A DNA stretch of 64,000 nt from Candidatus Omnitrophota bacterium (lineage in GTDB: Bacteria; Omnitrophota; Gorgyraeia; Aquiviventales; Aquiviventaceae): positions 20,023-84,022 of the forward strand of contig JAHFGV010000004.1 in the NCBI GenBank assembly GCA_023247255.1, read 5' to 3'. The notes beneath the pieces were generated by a model. That model was not told the origin of the DNA. It saw only the letters and a list, made by a program, of their open reading frames with translations, and made no database searches. This document shows, in pieces, positions 38,732 to 47,719 of this stretch. The position numbers were made by a program, and so were the translations under genes. Positions within the stretch are counted from its first letter, which is position 1. Each line of letters begins with the position of its first letter.

Positions 38732-40468
38732 CTAGGCTGTGGGTATTGGCTGTATCTCTTCAGGAACCACGCGATCCAGCTCATCCAACGTCGTTAACCC
38801 TTCCTGCACTTTGCGCAATCCATCCATGCGCATAGTCTTCATCCCCGCAGAAAGTGCCATCTCTTTGAGTTTATGCGTGGGACAACGTTCGGCTACCAAA
38901 GCCTTGCTTCGCTCATCGATGCGAAACAATTCAAAGACACCCATGCGTCCTGAAAATCCCGTCTGGCGGCAAAATCGACAGCCTCGCCCACGAAAGAGTT
39001 TCTGAAGATGGGGGTGGCGCTGCTGAACCTGAAGCGGAGGCTTTTCTTCTTGACGACAGCTCGTACAAATTTTTCTGACCAATCGTTGCGCCACGATCCC
39101 CAGGAGGGTGCTGGACAAAAGATAGGATTCTACACCCATATCAATCAGCCGGGCAACGGTTCCTACTGCATCGTTGGTATGCAGAGTCGACAGTACCAAA
39201 TGACCCGTGAGTGCAGCGTGGATCGCGATTTCGGCAGTCTCACGGTCCCGGATCTCACCGACCATGATCACATCGGGATCTTGCCGAAGGAGCGAGCGAA
39301 GCCCTGTAGCGAAAGTAACCCCCGCTTTCAGATTGATCTGCGTCTGCCGGATCAGTGGCAGTCGATACTCTACCGGGTCTTCAATGGTCATGATGTTCTT
39401 GGCCACTGAGTTGATCTGCGTTAAAGCCCCATACAAGGTCGTCGTCTTGCCGGATCCTGTTGGCCCGGTGACCAAGACCATTCCATGCGGACGCTGGATA
39501 AGGTCAGCAAACTGGGCCAAGACCTGTGCCGAAAACCCCAAGGCCTCCAGGCTTAGGAGAAGGCTTTGATGGTCCAAGAGACGAAGCACAAGATTTTCCC
39601 CAAACAGAGTCGGGTACGTGGACAACCGAACATCGATCAATCGTCCTTCAACAGTCAATGGGAAATGACCGTCTTGCGGCAAGCGATGTTCGGTGATATC
39701 CAGTTTAGCCAGCAACTTTATCCGCGAGGTCATCGCTTCATGCAACGTGACAGGAAGCAGTTTCACTTCTAGGAGCACACCGTCCACCCGATACCGAATC
39801 CGCAGGTTGTTTTCTTCGGGTTCAAGATGGATATCTGAAGCCTTCGCTTCAATCGCTTCCCTCATCAAAGCATCAACCAGTTTTACCACAGGGACTTCTT
39901 CAGCCACGGACGAAACGGCCACAAGCTTCTCTTTCCCAGAAATCCCAACGCTCGATGGAGTCGAAACCCCCGTGAGTGTGGAAGAACTCACCGAGTGCTG
40001 AGCCGCTTGCTCGACAACCCGATGTCCGTAATGACGATCGATCGCTTTACGAATCGCACTGGGATTGCTCACCACAGGCTGGATCACCGGTACCTGGCTG
40101 GCCAAACGCACCTCATCGATCGCAATGGCATTCCACGGGTCAGTAATGGCCACCGTCAGGGAATTACCAATCCGATAGAGGGGCAGCAGGGTATGTTTAC
40201 GCGCCACAGACTCAGGGACTAGCTCAAGTACCTTGGAATCAATCTGGTAGTCCAAGACTTCAAGATAAACGACACCGGACGATTCCGCCTTCAGCTGCGC
40301 AATCGCCTCCTCAGTCAAAATCCCGGAATGAATCAACACTTCCACGACATCCTGGCCGGTCTGCCGGGATTTGGCTTGCGCCGATTGAAGATCGGTCTCC
40401 TTGAGGAACCCCTTGCTGAGCGCCTGACGTTGCCAACCTTCTTTCAAACGCACCAATGCCTCAGTCAT
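38732..40468 (-). CDS. Assembly ATPase PilB/GspE/MshE
   Basis: ASDIHLEP, RLPQDG, GPTGSGKTT, TIEDPVEY, LRQDPDVIMVGEIRD, TGHLVLSTLHTN, two CxxC. Confidence 0.96.
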   Translation of the reverse strand: MTEALVRLKEGWQRQALSKGFLKETDLQSAQAKSRQTGQDVVEVLIHSGILTEEAIAQLKAESSGVVYLEVLDYQIDSKVLELVPESVARKHTLLPLYRIGNSLTVAITDPWNAIAIDEVRLASQVPVIQPVVSNPSAIRKAIDRHYGHRVVEQAAQHSVSSSTLTGVSTPSSVGISGKEKLVAVSSVAEEVPVVKLVDALMREAIEAKASDIHLEPEENNLRIRYRVDGVLLEVKLLPVTLHEAMTSRIKLLAKLDITEHRLPQDGHFPLTVEGRLIDVRLSTYPTLFGENLVLRLLDHQSLLLSLEALGFSAQVLAQFADLIQRPHGMVLVTGPTGSGKTTTLYGALTQINSVAKNIMTIEDPVEYRLPLIRQTQINLKAGVTFATGLRSLLRQDPDVIMVGEIRDRETAEIAIHAALTGHLVLSTLHTNDAVGTVARLIDMGVESYLLSSTLLGIVAQRLVRKICTSCRQEEKPPLQVQQRHPHLQKLFRGRGCRFCRQTGFSGRMGVFELFRIDERSKALVAERCPTHKLKEMALSAGMKTMRMDGLRKVQEGLTTLDELDRVVPEEIQPIPTA

Positions 40469-40487
40469 GATGTTCTGAATCTGTCCT

Positions 40488-40889
40488 TCAAACGTTTGGC
40501 GAGCGATCAGGAGTTTCCTTGGGAACTAAAGAATAGATCTGTTTCAACAATTCATGAGCCTTGAACGGCTTTCGAATATAGAGATCAGCCCCGCATTCGA
40601 TTCCGAGTTTCTCATCCTGCTCTTGGGTTCTTGCTGTGAACATCATGATGGGTATGTGCTTAAATTTCTGGTCGAATTTCAACAGACGGCATACTTCATA
40701 ACCGTTTAATTTGGGAAGCATCAGGTCAAGGATAATCAAATGGGGTTGATCCATTTGAGCCTTCTTCAACGCTTCTTGACCATCTGAGGCTATGCTGATT
40801 TCATAACCTTCGGCTTCCAAGCGCCGGCCAAGCATCTTCACAATTAAAGGTTCATCATCGACGAGCAGAATGCGTATTTTTTCAGACAT
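40488..40889 (-). CDS. Single-domain response regulator
   Basis: ILLVDDEP, LIILDLMLPKLNG, FTA, YIRKPF; GGAGG RBS before MSEK. Confidence 0.93.
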   Translation of the reverse strand: MSEKIRILLVDDEPLIVKMLGRRLEAEGYEISIASDGQEALKKAQMDQPHLIILDLMLPKLNGYEVCRLLKFDQKFKHIPIMMFTARTQEQDEKLGIECGADLYIRKPFKAHELLKQIYSLVPKETPDRSPNV

Positions 40890-42855
40890 CCACAACCTCC
40901 TTCTTTCCCCAACGAGCGGGCACAATCCCAGATGGTTCACGGGACACAATGCCACGGGCGGACGATAACAATTCCTCCGGTGTACGACCATCTTCGGGAA
41001 AACAGGCACTTCCCAGTCGCACGGGCAACTGCTCGCGATGCAACACCCACTGTAAGCGTTCCATCATTGCCAAAAGACCCGGTTGATTAGTCACGGCGAT
41101 AATGATCAGGGTGTGTCCATCCACCCTCACAAATCGATCTCCGCGATGGGTGTGGCTGCGCAATAACGTTTCTGTGCGTTGCACGAGCTGGGAAGCATCG
41201 GAAACGGTTGGATCCGCAGGAACCACTAGGACCAACCCAAACTGCTCCTGTTCATATTCAGATTCCTCCTGGGCCAAACGGCAAGACTCTTCGAGAAGAA
41301 ACTGTGGACTTGCAATCGGCAACGAAAATGTCACCGTCAGCCCATGACCTGGGGAGGACTCAGCCCGGATGGTTCCGTGGTGGCGTTCCACGAGTTGACG
41401 GCAAAAGGCTAACCCAAGACCGGTTCCCTGAGAACCAGGCGCTTCCGGAGTGTGTACATGCACAAAAGGTTGAAAGAGGTGGCCGATCTGATCTTCAGTC
41501 AGCCCGGGTCCATCATCACGAACCGACACCTCCACCTCCCGTTCGCGCAGTTGTGTCCAGACCAACACCTCAGTTTGTCTCGGTGCGTGGCGAAAGGCAT
41601 TGCGAAGCAGATGGCCCATCATTTCCTGGATAGCTCTCGCATCCATGTAGACCGGTGGCAATGGGCCGCAGGAAAGCCGGATCGTGTGTGACCCCGCAAG
41701 CTGCCAATCGGTTTGCGACTGATGCAACAAAGACTCCAAATCATCGGCTCGGCAGTTCAGGGGTCGTCGTCCCGTCCGGACAAGCGACAGGTTCAAGGCG
41801 TTTTCAATAAGCTCACTGAGTCGGGTCGCACCTTTCTCCATGGCAGCTACCAAGACTTGTTGCTGCTGACTCAGCGGCCCCACAATTCCATCACGCAATT
41901 GCATTAAACTCTCCACCATGACCATTAATGGGGTCCGGAATTGGTGGCTGATCGTTGCCAGAAACTCATCTTTGATGTGCGTCAGCTGATCCCGTTGCTC
42001 ATTCACGCGCTGCAATTCCACCACATGCTCCCGCAATCGCGCTTTTTGTCCCTCCACCTCTTGCGCCAACTCATTAAATCCAGAGGCAACGACTCCCAAC
42101 TCGTTCGAGAACGCCACTGGCAGCTTCACTAGACGTCCTGTTTTTCGCATTGCACGAATCCCCTCCGCCATCCGATGAAGCGGAACTGTTAGGAAACGCC
42201 GGATGAGCCAGATACCGAAGAAAAACACCCCAAGCCCACTGGTCATGCATCCCAACAACAACCACCCCGCCCGTAACAAACGGTTCAACGCCATGCTCTC
42301 AGCCCATGCGGAAAGGCTTCGCAGGAAAGTCTTAATTGCGACCTCATCCCGTTCCAGAACAAAAGAGACGCCGTAAACACCCGAACCCTCCACCGCAGCT
42401 TGCTCGAATCCTTGCTCAAGATGGGACCCAGAGCGCTGGACCCATGCCAAGGCTGCATCGAGATGTTCTCTAGACAGATCCCCACGGACAGCCGGAACAG
42501 AAACGAATCGGCCATCGTCTAACAAAACCTCACCACCCCTTTTGAATGTCGTCAGGTTATGCCCCAACTGTGTTAATTGGCGATGGAACCTGCTGAGGGA
42601 TTCCAACTGAATCTTTCCTCCCTGAACCTGTTGCACCAACATCCGTTGCTTCAAAATCACAATCTCATCGGCTAAGCGTTCTTGCTCATGTAAGGCATAG
42701 AGGACCATTGCATCGTGCCGCTGTTGCACAGTCAATCCTAATGCCAGCGTCCCTGCGATAACCGTGCAAACCAAGAGCGCGCCAAACACCAGATCCAGCC
42801 GTCTGCGAAGTGAATAGCTCCGGTAAATTTCTTGGTGCACTGAATCTTCAGCCAT
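40882..42855 (-). CDS. Membrane sensor histidine kinase (HAMP-HisKA-HATPase) with degenerate GGDEF-like tail
   Basis: Two TMs, NELG..A..FN HAMP, SHQFRTPL, NAFRH, DDGPG, GTGLGL; tail HRGD...LGSACFPEDG. Confidence 0.9.
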   Translation of the reverse strand: MAEDSVHQEIYRSYSLRRRLDLVFGALLVCTVIAGTLALGLTVQQRHDAMVLYALHEQERLADEIVILKQRMLVQQVQGGKIQLESLSRFHRQLTQLGHNLTTFKRGGEVLLDDGRFVSVPAVRGDLSREHLDAALAWVQRSGSHLEQGFEQAAVEGSGVYGVSFVLERDEVAIKTFLRSLSAWAESMALNRLLRAGWLLLGCMTSGLGVFFFGIWLIRRFLTVPLHRMAEGIRAMRKTGRLVKLPVAFSNELGVVASGFNELAQEVEGQKARLREHVVELQRVNEQRDQLTHIKDEFLATISHQFRTPLMVMVESLMQLRDGIVGPLSQQQQVLVAAMEKGATRLSELIENALNLSLVRTGRRPLNCRADDLESLLHQSQTDWQLAGSHTIRLSCGPLPPVYMDARAIQEMMGHLLRNAFRHAPRQTEVLVWTQLREREVEVSVRDDGPGLTEDQIGHLFQPFVHVHTPEAPGSQGTGLGLAFCRQLVERHHGTIRAESSPGHGLTVTFSLPIASPQFLLEESCRLAQEESEYEQEQFGLVLVVPADPTVSDASQLVQRTETLLRSHTHRGDRFVRVDGHTLIIIAVTNQPGLLAMMERLQWVLHREQLPVRLGSACFPEDGRTPEELLSSARGIVSREPSGIVPARWGKKEVVDV

Positions 42856-42920
42856 TCTACGCCTCCACGTCCGCCAGATGATTTTTCCACACCCGCGATG
42901 GACGGTGATATATCCAGTGT

Positions 42921-44957
42921 CTACCCGGATGATCCATCCAACACCGGTTCCCCAGAAAGATGTTTACGCGCATAATCAAACAGAGCGACCGCATGGATGC
43001 CATGAATGGGGTACAAGGCGGCTCCCAATTGTACGGACTCCCCTCTAAACGCTTCCCGGAGCCTTTGGATAATCGCTTTTAGCCCCTTGGCATCAACGGA
43101 AGCTAGAACAACGATCCAGTCATGCTTCATTACTATCAACAAATCTCCCCGGTGAAGCCGACGTCGCACTTCCTCAACCCAGCGGTCGTAAGCAGCATGT
43201 CGTTGGTCATCTTCCATCAGACTACCATCGGTGAAACTTCCGAGTTGGATAGCGATCAATCCGATGGACCGATTGTTATCGGATGGGCCGACATCTAACA
43301 ACTCCTTGAAACTTTCTATCAGCGCGAATTCATCGGTATAAACGGGAAGCGAAACGGTAAACGTACTTCCACGCCCGAGATCAGAGACGACAGAAATATT
43401 TCCATGATGGAGTTCAACCAGTTCTTTGCACACCGCCAACCCAAGACCTGTACCTTGAATGCGTCGGTTATTCTGTTGGCCCACCTGTGAGAACTTCTGG
43501 AAAAGCTTAGAAAGATCCTCGGGAGCGATTCCCGTTCCATCATCCTCTACCGAAGCCTTGATCTGTTCCGCCTCATGGCTGATATGAAAGGTAATCGTCC
43601 CATCGTCTCGGGTAAATTTAACCGAGTTGGAAAGGAGATTCCCGAAAATTTGCATCATTCGATGAGCATCGGCAAACACCGCAGGGGTGGGAGTGTAGTC
43701 ACGGACAATGCGTCGCGTTCCAATCATCATACGATAACTTTCCAGTGTGGAATCGACTACCTCCTGCAAGCGCAATTTCCGACGAGACAGGTGCATACGC
43801 CCCGCTTCGATCCTCGATAGATCCAGCAAGTTCGTGATGAGTTCGGTGAGACGATCGATGCTCTGCTCCACACCTTTCAGAAATTCCTGTTGTTCGTCAT
43901 TTAAGCTTCCCAGGATCCCATCCAACATCAGACTGATCCCATGCTCAATGGCTGTAAGGGGAGTGCGAAGTTCATGACTCACAGTGGCGACGAACTCGTC
44001 TTTCAAAACCCCAAGCTGAAGCAGTCTCCGATTGGCTTCCTGCAAGGATTTCTGCTGTTCTTCCAAGCGGGTCTTGGATAGCCGCAGCTCATCCAACAGT
44101 CGGCGCATGTCCTGCTCCCGACGCACCAATTCTGTATTGGATCGTTCCAGTTCATTCGTTTTCTGCTTTACATCGATCTCCAATTTCCTGCGTTCTGTAA
44201 TATCGGCACCAAGCATCAGGCAATCCCAGTACCCGTTTTGACTTTCCCCAATCGCATTTATGGTAAAGGCCACCACTCCATCTTCTCCGTTGGATCGCCG
44301 AAACCGGATGTTGTCCAATCGGGTCACACGGCCATATTTCTGGCATTCAACCAGTCCCGCCAGTACAGTCTGGATATCCCAAACAATCCGACAGGCCGTT
44401 AGTGGCCGATGAATGGCTTCTGCAGTAGCGACCCCAAAGGTGGCCGCGGCGACTCGATTCCAATGCGTGATCAAACCACTCACATTGACACCGATGAGAA
44501 TAGACGTCAATGAGGACAGAAATTGTTCACTCTCAGACTGTAGCTGTTGCAGCTGTCGATCGAGACATCTGTTCTCGACTGCATAGCGCACCGCACGCGC
44601 CCATGCATGTTGGTCCATCGGGGATTTCAAAAGATAGTCCTGGGCGCCCTGTTGCATCGCTTCTATCGCCAGGGCCTCCTGGCTAGAGTCAATGAGGATA
44701 ATAATCGGCGTCTGGGGGGCAGATTGACGGATATTGATAAAGACCTCCAATGGCCGGATTCCAGGCAAGACCCAGTCCAGCAGCACCACATCCCAATTTC
44801 CTCCTTGAAGACGTCTCACACCCTCTTTCAGCTCGGACACAGATTCAAGCGTCACTTGAAACGATCCCCCGTTGCCCGCTATCTTTTGAATCGTCGAGCC
44901 ATCACTGGAGTTGGGTGTGATCAACAAACCATGAATGGTATTACGAAGATTGTTCAT
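42921..44957 (-). CDS. Cytoplasmic REC-PAS histidine kinase with degenerate GGDEF-like tail
   Basis: DVVLLDW.LP, QGAQDYLLK, PAS (ITHWN..A...FG; DITERR), SHELRTPL, NSVKFT, DDGTG, GTGLGL; tail HRGD...GAALYP. Confidence 0.9.
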   Translation of the reverse strand: MNNLRNTIHGLLITPNSSDGSTIQKIAGNGGSFQVTLESVSELKEGVRRLQGGNWDVVLLDWVLPGIRPLEVFINIRQSAPQTPIIILIDSSQEALAIEAMQQGAQDYLLKSPMDQHAWARAVRYAVENRCLDRQLQQLQSESEQFLSSLTSILIGVNVSGLITHWNRVAAATFGVATAEAIHRPLTACRIVWDIQTVLAGLVECQKYGRVTRLDNIRFRRSNGEDGVVAFTINAIGESQNGYWDCLMLGADITERRKLEIDVKQKTNELERSNTELVRREQDMRRLLDELRLSKTRLEEQQKSLQEANRRLLQLGVLKDEFVATVSHELRTPLTAIEHGISLMLDGILGSLNDEQQEFLKGVEQSIDRLTELITNLLDLSRIEAGRMHLSRRKLRLQEVVDSTLESYRMMIGTRRIVRDYTPTPAVFADAHRMMQIFGNLLSNSVKFTRDDGTITFHISHEAEQIKASVEDDGTGIAPEDLSKLFQKFSQVGQQNNRRIQGTGLGLAVCKELVELHHGNISVVSDLGRGSTFTVSLPVYTDEFALIESFKELLDVGPSDNNRSIGLIAIQLGSFTDGSLMEDDQRHAAYDRWVEEVRRRLHRGDLLIVMKHDWIVVLASVDAKGLKAIIQRLREAFRGESVQLGAALYPIHGIHAVALFDYARKHLSGEPVLDGSSG

Positions 44958-45144
44958 TGGCTCTAAAACGCTCAAGGGTAATTTGGTCAAGAACCCAAGA
45001 ATCCAACACGTCCTCTCTGAATCGCCACTGTCCTCCGATCTTAAAACCGGGCAGCTTGCCTTGCTGCACCAAGCGATAGACGGTGCTCATAGTCACACCA
45101 AAACGCTTGGCCACGTCTGAAACGCTCAAGTAAGCTTGAGCCAT
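44941..45144 (-). CDS. Excisionase/MerR-type (HTH_17) DNA-binding protein
   Basis: YLSVSDVAKRFGV..STVYRLVQQGKLPGFKIGGQWRF. Confidence 0.92.
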   Translation of the reverse strand: MAQAYLSVSDVAKRFGVTMSTVYRLVQQGKLPGFKIGGQWRFREDVLDSWVLDQITLERFRANEQSS

Positions 45145-45168
45145 CGATGCTGACTCCGCTGCCACTTC

Positions 45169-45202
45169 AAAAAAAAACAGCCCAACCGAACTGGATGGGC
45201 TG
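45169..45202 (-). terminator. Intrinsic terminator downstream of riboswitch
   Basis: Minus strand CAGCCCATCCAGTTCGGTTGGGCTG followed by a T run. Confidence 0.85.
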
Positions 45203-45229
45203 TGAAATCTTCACGAAATACTTCATGCT

Positions 45230-45425
45230 GGCAACCCTGCTATCCCACACCAGTCTGTTCCCGCCGCTAGGTGGGACGGCTGACGTATGCCAGCCGCCTG
45301 CCTTTGGCAGGCCAGACATATGGTGGGACCAGTGGTTTTGCGCCCGATCCTCTCGGACCGTTTGCCCCCCGCATGCTTCGCTTTGTCCCTGGAAATTGCA
45401 AAGCGTGCGGGGCCCCTCAATGGGG
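45230..45425 (-). ncRNA. c-di-GMP-I (GEMM) riboswitch with hairpin insertions
   Basis: Minus strand GGGCAAACGGTCCGAGAGGATCGGGCGCAAAACCACTGGTCCCAC...GTGGGATAGCAGGGTTGCC (core 45230-45367), followed by terminator. Confidence 0.85.
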
Positions 45426-45511
45426 GTTGATTCAGCTGACACTGTCCAAAGAACGATAAATCTTGCTAATGGTAGTTAAAGCGTACCTGTTTTGCGAATT
45501 GTTTGTCAACC

Positions 45512-45677
45512 TAAGGGTTCGTTAAGGAATAACTGCATCCATTTGACCGGGGGCTTTTGACCCATGGCTGCGTTGCTCATCGCTTACATCCTCATCGAGG
45601 ATGCTCGCTCTTCGCGCCTTGCCCTGAGTCAAAATCCCCACGGCCAAATAGTGCAGTCATTTCTTAACGAATCCTAA
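45512..45677. mobile_element. MITE-like element with imperfect terminal inverted repeats
   Basis: GGTTCGTTAAGGAATAACTGCA ... TGCAGTCATTTCTTAACGAATCC; right end abuts yajQ stop. Confidence 0.65.
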
Positions 45678-46171
45678 CGGTAGTTTTCCGCTTGGATAGG
45701 CACCCCGAAATCCTTTGATTTTACAGTCTGAATAACCATCCGTAAATCATCGACCTGCTTGCCTGAGACCCTTACCGTGTCTCCGTCAATTCGTGGCTGT
45801 ACCTTCAATCCGAGAGACTTGATCACCCTTACGATCTCCTTAGCCTTTTCTGAAGAAAGTCCCTGCTGAAGAACCGCTTGTTGCTTCACCCCCCCTGCAG
45901 GCAAAAGCTCGGGGGCCTTCCAGGCTAAGGCTGTAAGCGAAACTCCACGTTTGGCTAGCTTGGTCTCGATCACATCAATGACACTCTTGATTTGTGCTTG
46001 ATGGTCAGCCGTGACTTTGACGTTCAGTAAGGCTTCCTCAAAAGTCACGCTGGCACTGCTGTTTCGAAAGTCAAAACGTGTGCCAATCTCTTTTTGCGCC
46101 AGCTGAATGGCGTTGCGAAACTCCTGAAGATTGACTTTCGAAACCAGATCCATGCTGTGTTCTTGAGCCAT
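45674..46171 (-). CDS. yajQ: YajQ family nucleotide/c-di-GMP-binding protein
   Basis: SMDLVSKV..QE..NA....KEI.TRFDF, L.QGL..E.AK.I...IK, I.GD.VRVSGK..DDL, NYR. Confidence 0.93.
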   Translation of the reverse strand: MAQEHSMDLVSKVNLQEFRNAIQLAQKEIGTRFDFRNSSASVTFEEALLNVKVTADHQAQIKSVIDVIETKLAKRGVSLTALAWKAPELLPAGGVKQQAVLQQGLSSEKAKEIVRVIKSLGLKVQPRIDGDTVRVSGKQVDDLRMVIQTVKSKDFGVPIQAENYR

Positions 46172-47100
46172 CAGCGATGTCCGACTGAGGAAGACAGACA
46201 AGCCTCAAGGGCTGGGAGCAACTGCCCGTAGCGAAATCGATAGCCCGCTTGAAGGCAAACGCGTGGGAAGACTCGTTGTCCCGTAAGCAATAAAGTCGCC
46301 ATCTCCCCAAGCATAACACGCAATGCCACGGCGGGCACCGGCACCCAACAGGGACGATGCATCCGATCGGCAAGGCTGCGGCAAAACGCACGCATCGTCA
46401 CCGGCTCTGGAGCGGTGGCGTTAACTGCACCAGTCACCTGGGCATGACTCAACAACCACTCTATAAGAGCGACGAGATCATCCCGATGGATCCAGGATAC
46501 CCATTGACGCCCGCTGCCCAACACACCCCCTACAAAGAATCGAAAGGGATCGACCATTTTTGCCAGAGCCCCTGCCCCCGCAGCCAAAACCAGACCGATG
46601 CGAAGTCGAATCACACGAACCCCTAAAGACTCCGCACGAGAAGCTTCGTTCTCCCACATCTGGCAGATATGGGCTAGAAAACCCTTTCCTGCGGGAGCGC
46701 TTTCGTCCAACAACTCGTCTGAGTGGGGACCATAATAGCCAATCGCTGAGGCGTTGATCAAAACATTCGGTCTTCGGCTAAGACGAGTCATCGCATCGAC
46801 CAACCGATGGGTAGATTGAATGCGACTCTCCCGAATCTGAATCTTCTGCCTCCGACTCCAGCGCTTGGATGCAATCGATTCCCCGGCAAGATTAACCAGG
46901 CCATCACAGGTCTCAAGAACGTGTGGCCATTCGGAACCCTCCCACTCAAGAAACCGGATGGGAGAAAGCGAATCTCCTTTTTCCACATTCAATCTCCGAG
47001 ACTGACGGGTCAGTACAAACACCTCATGGCCATGCCGGATTAAATGAGAACACAATGCCTGACCGATGAATCCCGTCCCTCCGGTGATGAGCAATCTCAT
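46171..47100 (-). CDS. TIGR01777 family NAD-dependent epimerase (YfcH-like)
   Basis: ITGGTGFIG, VNLAGESI...RW, SAIGYYG, GRQWVSWIH.DDL, NATAPEPV. Confidence 0.93.
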   Translation of the reverse strand: MRLLITGGTGFIGQALCSHLIRHGHEVFVLTRQSRRLNVEKGDSLSPIRFLEWEGSEWPHVLETCDGLVNLAGESIASKRWSRRQKIQIRESRIQSTHRLVDAMTRLSRRPNVLINASAIGYYGPHSDELLDESAPAGKGFLAHICQMWENEASRAESLGVRVIRLRIGLVLAAGAGALAKMVDPFRFFVGGVLGSGRQWVSWIHRDDLVALIEWLLSHAQVTGAVNATAPEPVTMRAFCRSLADRMHRPCWVPVPAVALRVMLGEMATLLLTGQRVFPRVCLQAGYRFRYGQLLPALEACLSSSVGHR

Positions 47101-47216
47101 TTTTTAAGAACGGATGCCCCACCCCGATCGGGACGACAGGATGTCGTCCCCCCTAAGTCTTGCTCCACCCTGTGGCCCATAGCCTTCAGCCGTGGCGCAA
47201 TGGCGGGGTTGATGGT

Positions 47217-47353
47217 TTAACAGGATGCTGAAAAACCCTCGATTGGCTCTAGGCTCAAGGCTGGAGGCTCCAGGGAACGATTCGGTCATCGTCGAGAAGC
47301 CTGTTCTTTCCTCGAGCCTTGAGCGCTGCGGGGCTTTTTCCGCAGCCTGCTAA
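47217..47353. mobile_element. MITE-like element, family C
   Basis: TTAACAGGATGCTGAAAAA ... TTTTTCCGCAGCCTGCTAA. Confidence 0.75.
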
Positions 47354-47357
47354 AGCG

Positions 47358-47615
47358 TTACCGACCGTTTCCAGGCTGTTGGCGTCGTCGACGAACGATA
47401 CGTTCTGCTTCAAACCAGTCTTGTTGGTCGAAACCCTCCCGCCTGCCCCGACGCTCAAACAGTTCATAAGCGACTTGAGCGACCTCTTCATTGCTGATGG
47501 TCCCCTGAGCCTGCGATACCGTAGACTTTGACGTAGGCTTTGAGCGAGTCAGGGCTGTCTCTGCAAGCGTGACACCGCTTCGCTTCGATCCCGATGAAAA
47601 ACCCATCCGTGGCAT
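47358..47615 (-). CDS. DUF2934 family small protein
   Basis: VAQVAYELFERRGRREG..QQDWFEAE; AGGAG RBS. Confidence 0.88.
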   Translation of the reverse strand: MPRMGFSSGSKRSGVTLAETALTRSKPTSKSTVSQAQGTISNEEVAQVAYELFERRGRREGFDQQDWFEAERIVRRRRQQPGNGR

Positions 47616-47719
47616 CTTACTCTCCTAATGTTTATCCTCCGCTCCATTGATTTCTACTTGTGCATCTTTCATCTTAACCACTTAGGCCCCCAGCGACAAC
47701 TTTTTCTTATCCATTTTTC

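Noticed and set aside
44941-45144. Prophage excisionase
   Set aside because: No integrase or phage genes nearby; coupled to a kinase gene
22990-45367. c-AMP-GMP (GEMM-Ib) specificity for the two riboswitches
   Set aside because: Both have G at the position-20 equivalent (GGGCAAAC), which points to c-di-GMP
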